Of a DNA stretch of 64,000 nucleotides, positions 35,279-48,500 are shown one piece after another. The notes beneath the pieces are model-generated. The model was not told the origin of the DNA and searched no databases. It saw only the letters and a list, made by a program, of their open reading frames with translations. Numbering within the stretch: the stretch's first letter is position 1; the number at the start of each line of letters is the position of its first letter. Position numbers and translations under genes: made by a program. Origin of the DNA: Macrostomum lignano. Lineage: Eukaryota. Location: positions 117,512 through 181,511 of the forward strand of contig NIVC01002022.1 in assembly GCA_002269645.1 (NCBI GenBank), in the 5' to 3' direction.

Positions 35279-36385
35279 CTAAGTGTTTATATTCAAATCT
35301 CTCATCAGATTTCCAATGTCAGGCCGCAGTGCCGGAAGTTGAACCTCGGCCCAGATAGGAGCATGCTGCTTTGTGTAATTGCCTAGCAGCTCTCTCATTA
35401 TTTTCTTTGTATCAAAGCTTGGCGTAGTCTGTAGTCTCGAGCGTGGTGGCAAGATCAGTGCGAAGTTGTCGATTGGATGTTTTACACTCGGAGCGCTTGT
35501 ACTGCCATCTTCATTGCTAAAGGCTAGAAAAATGTTTGGATGAATCTCATGTCGAAGGTCTTCAGGCCCAATTTTCCAATCGCCACCGATCATGATCAAG
35601 TCTGGAGGTTGGGTTTCGCGGCAAAGCTGATCAAGCTTTTCTTTTAAATTTCTATAAGATGCTTGCTTTTTCTCTTCATTTTTGCTTGGCAGATGTACAG
35701 AGAAGTAGGCCAAGATCATGCCATTGGCTCTCATCTTGAGCTTCGTTAACAGATAGCGGCCCTTGTCGGATGCCGTGAAACACTCATGCTGCAGCTGCCA
35801 GACTTCAGTATTAAAGGCTGTAACGATGGTATCCGGTGGATAACGATTTAGAATGTGGGAGACACATTCCCAATCGGGGCCTAGCAAGTCACAAAATGGT
35901 TTCAGGTTACCCTGTCCGCTCCATTCAGAAACTGTGATTATGCTGAGCTGAGACTTCTGCTTGGCTGACAGAAGTTTTTGGTAACACATTCGAACTTCTT
36001 TTTTTAGCTCTGCCGCAGCTTCCTTCGCAGTTGTCACCTGACCTGCCGGCTGACCTGCCGCCTCTGCCGCCTGACCTGCCGCCTGACCTGCCGCCTGACC
36101 TGCCGCCTGACTTGTCTCATTCCCTGCCTGTTCTGGCTCGAACCACCAATAATTTTTTGTCCGTGTCCACGCATTTACCACATTTCTTAATGCAATTCCC
36201 ACCTTCTTCCAATACCCACTCGCCTCATGTAACAACACGTGCTGCGTTGCCGCTGAAAACGCTATTTCAATCAGTCCACTAGGAAGCAAGTCTCCTTTAA
36301 GATTTCCTATTCGACTTGAACCATCCGCGTTGATGGACAGCGCCAAGAAACCAGTGCAGTCAGAGTTGGCTGGCTCGGTCGCCAT
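35279..36385 (-). CDS. Stand-alone EEP-fold protein, copy B, 368 aa
   Basis: Same start ([22 protein letters not shown]) and same core as copy A. Motifs VLLHE, FSVHLP, IGGDWK, IDNF and KQHAPIW. Uninterrupted ORF. Confidence 0.7.
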   Translation of the reverse strand: MATEPANSDCTGFLALSINADGSSRIGNLKGDLLPSGLIEIAFSAATQHVLLHEASGYWKKVGIALRNVVNAWTRTKNYWWFEPEQAGNETSQAAGQAAGQAAGQAAEAAGQPAGQVTTAKEAAAELKKEVRMCYQKLLSAKQKSQLSIITVSEWSGQGNLKPFCDLLGPDWECVSHILNRYPPDTIVTAFNTEVWQLQHECFTASDKGRYLLTKLKMRANGMILAYFSVHLPSKNEEKKQASYRNLKEKLDQLCRETQPPDLIMIGGDWKIGPEDLRHEIHPNIFLAFSNEDGSTSAPSVKHPIDNFALILPPRSRLQTTPSFDTKKIMRELLGNYTKQHAPIWAEVQLPALRPDIGNLMRDLNINT

Positions 36386-36560
36386 GCTTCACGGCCTTGC
36401 GGGTGATGAAAATACCGGTCACCGTCAGACACTCCCTGGTCCCAAAGTCACGGATCTCAGTTCCTCCAGCACTAAGGCCACCTTTTCTGGAAAAATCGTA
36501 AAAACGTATCATGAGAAAGAACTCAAACTCGTATCTAACAGTTTTTACTTGCGGTAAAAA

Positions 36561-39500
36561 ACACAGAACACTGTCCAATATGAGGCTTGCGCTGTGTACT
36601 GGCACATAGAACACTGTCCAATATGAGGCATGTGCTGTGTACTGGCACACAGAACACTGTCCAATATGAGGCATGTGCTGTGTACTGGCACACAGAACAC
36701 TGTCCAATATGAGGCATGTGCTGTGTACTGGCACACAGAACACTGTCCAATATGAGGCATGTGCTGTGTACTGGCACACAGAACACTGTCCAATATGAGG
36801 CATGTGCTGTGTACTGGCACACAGAACACTGTCCAATATGAGGCATGTGCTGTGTACTGGCACATAGAACACTGTCCAATATGAGGCATGTGCTGTGTAC
36901 TGGCACATAGAACACTGTCCAATATGAGGCATGTGCTGTGTACTGGCACACAGAACACTGTCCAATATGAGGCATGTGCTGTGTACTGGCACACAGAACA
37001 CTGTCCAATATGAGGCATGTGCTGTGTACTGGCACACAGAACACTGTCCAATATGAGGCATGTGCTGTGTACTGGCACACAGAACACTGTCCAATATGAG
37101 GCATGTGCTGTGTACTGGCACACAGAACACTGTCCAATATGAGGCATGTGCTGTGTACTGGCACACAGAACACTGTCCAATATGAGGCATGTGCTGTGTA
37201 CTGGCACACAGAACACTGTCCAATATGAGGCATGTGCTGTGTACTGGCACACAGAACACTGTCCAATATGAGGCATGTGCTGTGTACTGGCACACAGAAC
37301 ACTGTCCAATATGAGGCATGTGCTGTGTACTGGCACACAGAACACTGTCCAGTGCGAGGCATGTGCTGTGTACTGGCACACAGAACACTGTCCAGTGCGA
37401 GGCATGTGCTGTGTACTGGCACACAGAACACTGTCCAGTATGAGGCATGTGCTGTGTACTGGCACACAGAACACTGTCCAATATGAGGCATGTGCTGTGT
37501 ACTGGCACACAGAACACTGTCCAATATGAGGCATGTGCTGTGTACTGGCACACAGAACACTGTCCAGTGCGAGGCATGTGCTGTGTACTGGCACACAGAA
37601 CACTGTCCAATATGAGGCATGTGCTGTGTACTGGCACACAGAACACTGTCCAGTATGAGGCATGTGCTGTGTACTGGCACACAGAACACTGTCCAGTGCG
37701 AGGCATGTGCTGTGTACTGGCACACAGAACACTGTCCAATATGAGGCATGTGCTGTGTACTGGCACACAGAACACTGTCCAGTGCGAGGCATGTGCTGTG
37801 TACTGGCACACAGAACACTGTCCAATATGAGGCATGTGCTGTGTACTGGCACACAGAACACTGTCCAATATGAGGCATGTGCTGTGTACTGGCACACAGA
37901 ACACTGTCCAATATGAGGCATGTGCTGTGTACTGGCACACAGAACACTGTCCAATATGAGGCATGTGCTGTGTACTGGCACACAGAACACTGTCCAGTTG
38001 AGGCATGTGCTGTGTACTGGCACACAGAACACTGTCCAATATGAGGCATGTGCTGTGTACTGGCACACAGAACACTGTCCAGTATGAGGCATGTGCTGTG
38101 TACTGGCACACAGAACACTGTCCAATATGAGGCATGTGCTGTGTACTGGCACACAGAACACTGTCCAATATGAGGCATGTGCTGTGTACTGGCACACAGA
38201 ACACTGTCCAATATGAGGCATGTGCTGTGTACTGGCACACAGAACACTGTCCAGTGAGGCATGTGCTGTGTACTGGCACACAGAACACTGTCCAGTGAGG
38301 CATGTGCTGTGTACTGGCACACAGAACACTGTCCAGTGCGAGCCATGTGCTGTGTACTGGCACACAGAACACTGTCCAATATGAGGCATGTGCTGTGTAC
38401 TGGCACACAGAACACTGTCCAATATGAGGCATGTGCTGTGTACTGGCACACAGAACACTGTCCAATATGAGGCATGTGCTGTGTACTGGCACACAGAACA
38501 CTGTCCAATATGAGGCATGTGCTGTGTACTGGCACACAGAACACTGTCCAGTATGAGGCATGTGCTGTGTACTGGCACACAGAACACTGTCCAGTGCGAG
38601 GCATGTGCTGTGTACTGGCACACAGAACACTGTCCAATATGAGGCATGTGCTGTGTACTGGCACACAGAACACTGTCCAGTATGAGGCATGTGCTGTGTA
38701 CTGGCACACAGAACACTGTCCAATATGAGGCATGTGCTGTGTACTGGCACACAGAACACTGTCCAATATGAGGCATGTGCTGTGTACTGGCACACAGAAC
38801 ACTGTCCAGTGAGGCATGTGCTGTGTACTGGCACACAGAACACTGTCCAATATGAGGCATGTGCTGTGTACTGGCACACAGAACACTGTCCAATATGAGG
38901 CATGTGCTGTGTACTGGCACACAGAACACTGTCCAGTATGAGGCATGTGCTGTGTACTGGCACACAGAACACTGTCCAGTATGAGGCATGTGCTGTGTAC
39001 TGGCACACAGAACACTGTCCAATATGAGGCATGTGCTGTGTACTGGCACACAGAACACTGTCCAGTATGAGGCATGTGCTGTGTACTGGCACACAGAACA
39101 CTGTCCAATATGAGGCATGTGCTGTGTACTGGCACACAGAACACTGTCCAGTGAGGCATGTGCTGTGTACTGGCACACAGAACACTGTCCAATATGAGGC
39201 ATGTGCTGTGTACTGGCACACAGAACACTGTCCAATATGAGGCATGTGCTGTGTACTGGCACACAGAACACTGTCCAATATGAGGCATGTGCTGTGTACT
39301 GGCACACAGAACACTGTCCAGTATGAGGCATGTGCTGTGTACTGGCACACAGAACACTGTCCAATATGAGGCATGTGCTGTGTACTGGCACACAGAACAC
39401 TGTCCAGTGAGGCATGTGCTGTGTACTGGCACACAGAACACTGTCCAATATGAGGCATGTGCTGTGTACTGGCACACAGAACACTGTCCAGTATGAGGCA

Positions 39501-42500
39501 TGTGCTGTGTACTGGCACACAGAACACTGTCCAATATGAGGCATGTGCTGTGTACTGGCACACAGAACACTGTCCAATATGAGGCATGTGCTGTGTACTG
39601 GCACACAGAACACTGTCCAGTGAGGCATGTGCTGTGTACTGGCACACAGAACACTGTCCAATATGAGGCATGTGCTGTGTACTGGCACACAGAACACTGT
39701 CCAATATGAGGCATGTGCTGTGTACTGGCACACAGAACACTGTCCAATATGAGGCATGTGCTGTGTACTGGCACACAGAACACTGTCCAATATGAGGCAT
39801 GTGCTGTGTACTGGCACACAGAACACTGTCCAATATGAGGCATGTGCTGTGTACTGGCACACAGAACACTGTCCAATATGAGGCATGTGCTGTGTACTGG
39901 CACACAGAACACTGTCCAATATGAGGCATGTGCTGTGTACTGGCACACAGAACACTGTCCAATATGAGGCATGTGCTGTGTACTGGCACACAGAACACTG
40001 TCCAGTGAGGCATGTGCTGTGTACTGGCACACAGAACACTGTCCAATATGAGGCATGTGCTGTGTACTGGCACACAGAACACTGTCCAATATGAGGCATG
40101 TGCTGTGTACTGGCACACAGAACACTGTCCAGTGAGGCATGTGCTGTGTACTGGCACACAGAACACTGTCCAGTGAGGCATGTGCTGTGTACTGGCACAC
40201 AGAACACTGTCCAATATGAGGCATGTGCTGTGTACTGGCACACAGAACACTGTCCAATATGAGGCATGTGCTGTGTACTGGCACACAGAACACTGTCCAA
40301 TATGAGGCATGTGCTGTGTACTGGCACACAGAACACTGTCCAATATGAGGCATGTGCTGTGTACTGGCACACAGAACACTGTCCAGTGAGGCATGTGCTG
40401 TGTACTGGCACACAGAACACTGTCCAGTGAGGCATGTGCTGTGTACTGGCACACAGAACACTGTCCAATATGAGGCATGTGCTGTGTACTGGCACACAGA
40501 ACACTGTCCAGTGAGGCATGTGCTGTGTACTGGCACACAGAACACTGTCCAATATGAGGCATGTGCTGTGTACTGGCACACAGAACACTGTCCAATATGA
40601 GGCATGTGCTGTGTACTGGCACACAGAACACTGTCCAATATGAGGCATGTGCTGTGTACTGGCACACAGAACACTGTCCAGTATGAGGCATGTGCTGTGT
40701 ACTGGCACACAGAACACTGTCCAATATGAGGCATGTGCTGTGTACTGGCACACAGAACACTGTCCAATATGAGGCATGTGCTGTGTACTGGCACACAGAA
40801 CACTGTCCAATATGAGGCATGTGCTGTGTACTGGCACACAGAACACTGTCCAATATGAGGCATGTGCTGTGTACTGGCACACAGAACACTGTCCAGTGAG
40901 GCATGTGCTGTGTACTGGCACACAGAACACTGTCCAATATGAGGCATGTGCTGTGTACTGGCACACAGAACACTGTCCAATATGAGGCATGTGCTGTGTA
41001 CTGGCACACAGAACACTGTCCAGTATGAGGCATGTGCTGTGTACTGGCACACAGAACACTGTCCAATATGAGGCATGTGCTGTGTACTGGCACACAGAAC
41101 ACTGTCCAATATGAGGCATGTGCTGTGTACTGGCACACAGAACACTGTCCAATATGAGGCATGTGCTGTGTACTGGCACACAGAACACTGTCCAATATGA
41201 GGCATGTGCTGTGTACTGGCACACAGAACACTGTCCAATATGAGGCATGTGCTGTGTACTGGCACACAGAACACTGTCCAATGAGGCATGTGCTGTGTAC
41301 TGGCACACAGAACACTGTCCAATATGAGGCATGTGCTGTGTACTGGCACACAGAACACTGTCCAGTGAGGCATGTGCTGTGTACTGGCACACAGAACACT
41401 GTCCAATATGAGGCATGTGCTGTGTACTGGCACACAGAACACTGTCCAATATGAGGCATGTGCTGTGTACTGGCACACAGAACACTGTCCAATATGAGGC
41501 ATGTGCTGTGTACTGGCACACAGAACACTGTCCAATATGAGGCATGTGCTGTGTACTGGCACACAGAACACTGTCCAATATGAGGCATGTGCTGTGTACT
41601 GGCACACAGAACACTGTCCAATATGAGGCATGTGCTGTGTACTGGCACACAGAACACTGTCCAGTGCGAGGCATGTGCTGTGTACTGGCACACAGAACAC
41701 TGTCCAGTGCGAGGCATGTGCTGTGTACTGGCACACAGAACACTGTCCAATATGAGGCATGTGCTGTGTACTGGCACACAGAACACTGTCCAATATGAGG
41801 CATGTGCTGTGTACTGGCACACAGAACACTGTCCAGTATGAGGCATGTGCTGTGTACTGGCACACAGAACACTGTCCAATATGAGGCATGTGCTGTGTAC
41901 TGGCACACAGAACACTGTCCAGTATGAGGCATGTGCTGTGTACTGGCACACAGAACACTGTCCAATATGAGGCATGTGCTGTGTACTGGCACACAGAACA
42001 CTGTCCAATATGAGGCATGTGCTGTGTACTGGCACACAGAACACTGTCCAATATGAGGCATGTGCTGTGTACTGGCACACAGAACACTGTCCAATATGAG
42101 GCATGTGCTGTGTACTGGCACACAGAACACTGTCCAGTGAGGCATGTGCTGTGTACTGGCACACAGAACACTGTCCAGTGAGGCATGTGCTGTGTACTGG
42201 CACACAGAACACTGTCCAATATGAGGCATGTGCTGTGTACTGGCACACAGAACACTGTCCAATATGAGGCATGTGCTGTGTACTGGCACACAGAACACTG
42301 TCCAATATGAGGCATGTGCTGTGTACTGGCACACAGAACACTGTCCAATATGAGGCATGTGCTGTGTACTGGCACACAGAACACTGTCCAGTGAGGCATG
42401 TGCTGTGTACTGGCACACAGAACACTGTCCAATATGAGGCATGTGCTGTGTACTGGCACACAGAACACTGTCCAGTATGAGGCATGTGCTGTGTACTGGC

Positions 42501-45500
42501 ACACAGAACACTGTCCAATATGAGGCATGTGCTGTGTACTGGCACACAGAACACTGTCCAATATGAGGCATGTGCTGTGTACTGGCACACAGAACACTGT
42601 CCAATATGAGGCATGTGCTGTGTACTGGCACACAGAACACTGTCCAATATGAGGCATGTGCTGTGTACTGGCACACAGAACACTGTCCAATATGAGGCAT
42701 GTGCTGTGTACTGGCACACAGAACACTGTCCAATATGAGGCATGTGCTGTGTACTGGCACACAGAACACTGTCCAATATGAGGCATGTGCTGTGTACTGG
42801 CACACAGAACACTGTCCAATATGAGGCATGTGCTGTGTACTGGCACACAGAACACTGTCCAATATGAGGCATGTGCTGTGTACTGGCACACAGAACACTG
42901 TCCAATATGAGGCATGTGCTGTGTACTGGCACACAGAACACTGTCCAATATGAGGCATGTGCTGTGTACTGGCACACAGAACACTGTCCAATATGAGGCA
43001 TGTGCTGTGTACTGGCACACAGAACACTGTCCAATATGAGGCATGTGCTGTGTACTGGCACACAGAACACTGTCCAATATGAGGCATGTGCTGTGTACTG
43101 GCACACAGAACACTGTCCAATATGAGGCATGTGCTGTGTACTGGCACACAGAACACTGTCCAATATGAGGCATGTGCTGTGTACTGGCACACAGAACACT
43201 GTCCAATATGAGGCATGTGCTGTGTACTGGCACACAGAACACTGTCCAATGAGGCATGTGCTGTGTACTGGCACACAGAACACTGTCCAGTGAGGCATGT
43301 GCTGTGTACTGGCACACAGAACACTGTCCAATATGAGGCATGTGCTGTGTACTGGCACACAGAACACTGTCCAATATGAGGCATGTGCTGTGTACTGGCA
43401 CACAGAACACTGTCCAATATGAGGCATGTGCTGTGTACTGGCACACAGAACACTGTCCAGTGAGGCATGTGCTGTGTACTGGCACACAGAACACTGTCCA
43501 ATATGAGGCATGTGCTGTGTACTGGCACACAGAACACTGTCCAATATGAGGCATGTGCTGTGTACTGGCACACAGAACACTGTCCAGTGAGGCATGTGCT
43601 GTGTACTGGCACACAGAACACTGTCCAATATGAGGCATGTGCTGTGTACTGGCACACAGAACACTGTCCAATGAGGCATGTGCTGTGTACTGGCACACAG
43701 AACACTGTCCAATATGAGGCATGTGCTGTGTACTGGCACACAGAACACTGTCCAATATGAGGCATGTGCTGTGTACTGGCACACAGAACACTGTCCAATA
43801 TGAGGCATGTGCTGTGTACTGGCACACAGAACACTGTCCAATATGAGGCATGTGCTGTGTACTGGCACACAGAACACTGTCCAATATGAGGCATGTGCTG
43901 TGTACTGGCACACAGAACACTGTCCAATATGAGGCATGTGCTGTGTACTGGCACACAGAACACTGTCCAGTATGAGGCATGTGCTGTGTACTGGCACACA
44001 GAACACTGTCCAATATGAGGCATGTGCTGTGTACTGGCACACAGAACACTGTCCAATATGAGGCATGTGCTGTGTACTGGCACACAGAACACTGTCCAAT
44101 ATGAGGCATGTGCTGTGTACTGGCACACAGAACACTGTCCAATATGAGGCATGTGCTGTGTACTGGCACACAGAACACTGTCCATATGAGGCATGTGCTG
44201 TGTACTGGCACACAGAACACTGTCCATGAGGCATGTGCTGTGTACTGGCACACAGAACACTGTCCAATATGAGGCATGTGCTGTGTACTGGCACACAGAA
44301 CACTGTCCAATATGAGGCATGTGCTGTGTACTGGCACACAGAACACTGTCCAATATGAGGCATGTGCTGTGTACTGGCACACAGAACACTGTCCAATATG
44401 AGGCATGTGCTGTGTACTGGCACACAGAACACTGTCCAATATGAGGCATGTGCTGTGTACTGGCACACAGAACACTGTCCAGTATGAGGCATGTGCTGTG
44501 TACTGGCACACAGAACACTGTCCAATATGAGGCATGTGCTGTGTACTGGCACACAGAACACTGTCCAATATGAGGCATGTGCTGTGTACTGGCACACAGA
44601 ACACTGTCCAATATGAGGCATGTGCTGTGTACTGGCACACAGAACACTGTCCAATATGAGGCATGTGCTGTGTACTGGCACACAGAACACTGTCCAATGA
44701 GGCATGTGCTGTGTACTGGCACACAGAACACTGTCCAATATGAGGCATGTGCTGTGTACTGGCACACAGAACACTGTCCAATATGAGGCATGTGCTGTGT
44801 ACTGGCACACAGAACACTGTCCAATATGAGGCATGTGCTGTGTACTGGCACACAGAACACTGTCCAATATGAGGCATGTGCTGTGTACTGGCACACAGAA
44901 CACTGTCCAATATGAGGCATGTGCTGTGTACTGGCACACAGAACACTGTCCAATATGAGGCATGTGCTGTGTACTGGCACACAGAACACTGTCCAATATG
45001 AGGCATGTGCTGTGTACTGGCACACAGAACACTGTCCAATATGAGGCATGTGCTGTGTACTGGCACACAGAACACTGTCCAATATGAGGCATGTGCTGTG
45101 TACTGGCACACAGAACACTGTCCAATATGAGGCATGTGCTGTGTACTGGCACACAGAACACTGTCCAATATGAGGCATGTGCTGTGTACTGGCACACAGA
45201 ACACTGTCCAATATGAGGCATGTGCTGTGTACTGGCACACAGAACACTGTCCAATATGAGGCATGTGCTGTGTACTGGCACACAGAACACTGTCCAATAT
45301 GAGGCATGTGCTGTGTACTGGCACACAGAACACTGTCCAATATGAGGCATGTGCTGTGTACTGGCACACAGAACACTGTCCAATATGAGGCATGTGCTGT
45401 GTACTGGCACACAGAACACTGTCCAATATGAGGCATGTGCTGTGTACTGGCACACAGAACACTGTCCAATATGAGGCATGTGCTGTGTACTGGCACACAG

Positions 45501-48500
45501 AACACTGTCCAATATGAGGCATGTGCTGTGTACTGGCACACAGAACACTGTCCAATATGAGGCATGTGCTGTGTACTGGCACACAGAACACTGTCCAATA
45601 TGAGGCATGTGCTGTGTACTGGCACACAGAACACTGTCCAATATGAGGCATGTGCTGTGTACTGGCACACAGAACACTGTCCAATATGAGGCATGTGCTG
45701 TGTACTGGCACACAGAACACTGTCCAATATGAGGCATGTGCTGTGTACTGGCACACAGAACACTGTCCAATATGAGGCATGTGCTGTGTACTGGCACACA
45801 GAACACTGTCCAATATGAGGCATGTGCTGTGTACTGGCACACAGAACACTGTCCAATATGAGGCATGTGCTGTGTACTGGCACACAGAACACTGTCCAAT
45901 ATGAGGCATGTGCTGTGTACTGGCACACAGAACACTGTCCAATATGAGGCATGTGCTGTGTACTGGCACACAGAACACTGTCCAATATGAGGCATGTGCT
46001 GTGTACTGGCACACAGAACACTGTCCAATATGAGGCATGTGCTGTGTACTGGCACACAGAACACTGTCCAATATGAGGCATGTGCTGTGTACTGGCACAC
46101 AGAACACTGTCCAATATGAGGCATGTGCTGTGTACTGGCACACAGAACACTGTCCAATATGAGGCATGTGCTGTGTACTGGCACACAGAACACTGTCCAA
46201 TATGAGGCATGTGCTGTGTACTGGCACACAGAACACTGTCCAATATGAGGCATGTGCTGTGTACTGGCACACAGAACACTGTCCAATATGAGGCATGTGC
46301 TGTGTACTGGCACACAGAACACTGTCCAATATGAGGCATGTGCTGTGTACTGGCACACAGAACACTGTCCAATATGAGGCATGTGCTGTGTACTGGCACA
46401 CAGAACACTGTCCAATATGAGGCATGTGCTGTGTACTGGCACACAGAACACTGTCCAATATGAGGCATGTGCTGTGTACTGGCACACAGAACACTGTCCA
46501 ATATGAGGCATGTGCTGTGTACTGGCACACAGAACACTGTCCAATATGAGGCATGTGCTGTGTACTGGCACACAGAACACTGTCCAATATGAGGCATGTG
46601 CTGTGTACTGGCACACAGAACACTGTCCAATATGAGGCATGTGCTGTGTACTGGCACACAGAACACTGTCCAATATGAGGCATGTGCTGTGTACTGGCAC
46701 ACAGAACACTGTCCAATATGAGGCATGTGCTGTGTACTGGCACACAGAACACTGTCCAATATGAGGCATGTGCTGTGTACTGGCACACAGAACACTGTCC
46801 AATATGAGGCATGTGCTGTGTACTGGCACACAGAACACTGTCCAATATGAGGCATGTGCTGTGTACTGGCACACAGAACACTGTCCAATATGAGGCATGT
46901 GCTGTGTACTGGCACACAGAACACTGTCCAATATGAGGCATGTGCTGTGTACTGGCACACAGAACACTGTCCAATATGAGGCATGTGCTGTGTACTGGCA
47001 CACAGAACACTGTCCAATATGAGGCATGTGCTGTGTACTGGCACACAGAACACTGTCCAATATGAGGCATGTGCTGTGTACTGGCACACAGAACACTGTC
47101 CAATATGAGGCATGTGCTGTGTACTGGCACACAGAACACTGTCCAATATGAGGCATGTGCTGTGTACTGGCACACAGAACACTGTCCAATATGAGGCATG
47201 TGCTGTGTACTGGCACACAGAACACTGTCCAATATGAGGCATGTGCTGTGTACTGGCACACAGAACACTGTCCAATATGAGGCATGTGCTGTGTACTGGC
47301 ACACAGAACACTGTCCAATATGAGGCATGTGCTGTGTACTGGCACACAGAACACTGTCCAATATGAGGCATGTGCTGTGTACTGGCACACAGAACACTGT
47401 CCAATATGAGGCATGTGCTGTGTACTGGCACACAGAACACTGTCCAATATGAGGCATGTGCTGTGTACTGGCACACAGAACACTGTCCAATATGAGGCAT
47501 GTGCTGTGTACTGGCACACAGAACACTGTCCAATATGAGGCATGTGCTGTGTACTGGCACACAGAACACTGTCCAATATGAGGCATGTGCTGTGTACTGG
47601 CACACAGAACACTGTCCAATATGAGGCATGTGCTGTGTACTGGCACACAGAACACTGTCCAATATGAGGCATGTGCTGTGTACTGGCACACAGAACACTG
47701 TCCAATATGAGGCATGTGCTGTGTACTGGCACACAGAACACTGTCCAATATGAGGCATGTGCTGTGTACTGGCACACAGAACACTGTCCAATATGAGGCA
47801 TGTGCTGTGTACTGGCACACAGAACACTGTCCAATATGAGGCATGTGCTGTGTACTGGCACACAGAACACTGTCCAATATGAGGCATGTGCTGTGTACTG
47901 GCACACAGAACACTGTCCAATATGAGGCATGTGCTGTGTACTGGCACACAGAACACTGTCCAATATGAGGCATGTGCTGTGTACTGGCACACAGAACACT
48001 GTCCAATATGAGGCATGTGCTGTGTACTGGCACACAGAACACTGTCCAATATGAGGCATGTGCTGTGTACTGGCACACAGAACACTGTCCAATATGAGGC
48101 ATGTGCTGTGTACTGGCACACAGAACACTGTCCAATATGAGGCATGTGCTGTGTACTGGCACACAGAACACTGTCCAATATGAGGCATGTGCTGTGTACT
48201 GGCACACAGAACACTGTCCAATATGAGGCATGTGCTGTGTACTGGCACACAGAACACTGTCCAATATGAGGCATGTGCTGTGTACTGGCACACAGAACAC
48301 TGTCCAATATGAGGCATGTGCTGTGTACTGGCACACAGAACACTGTCCAATATGAGGCATGTGCTGTGTACTGGCACACAGAACACTGTCCAATATGAGG
48401 CATGTGCTGTGTACTGGCACACAGAACACTGTCCAATATGAGGCATGTGCTGTGTACTGGCACACAGAACACTGTCCAATATGAGGCATGTGCTGTGTAC

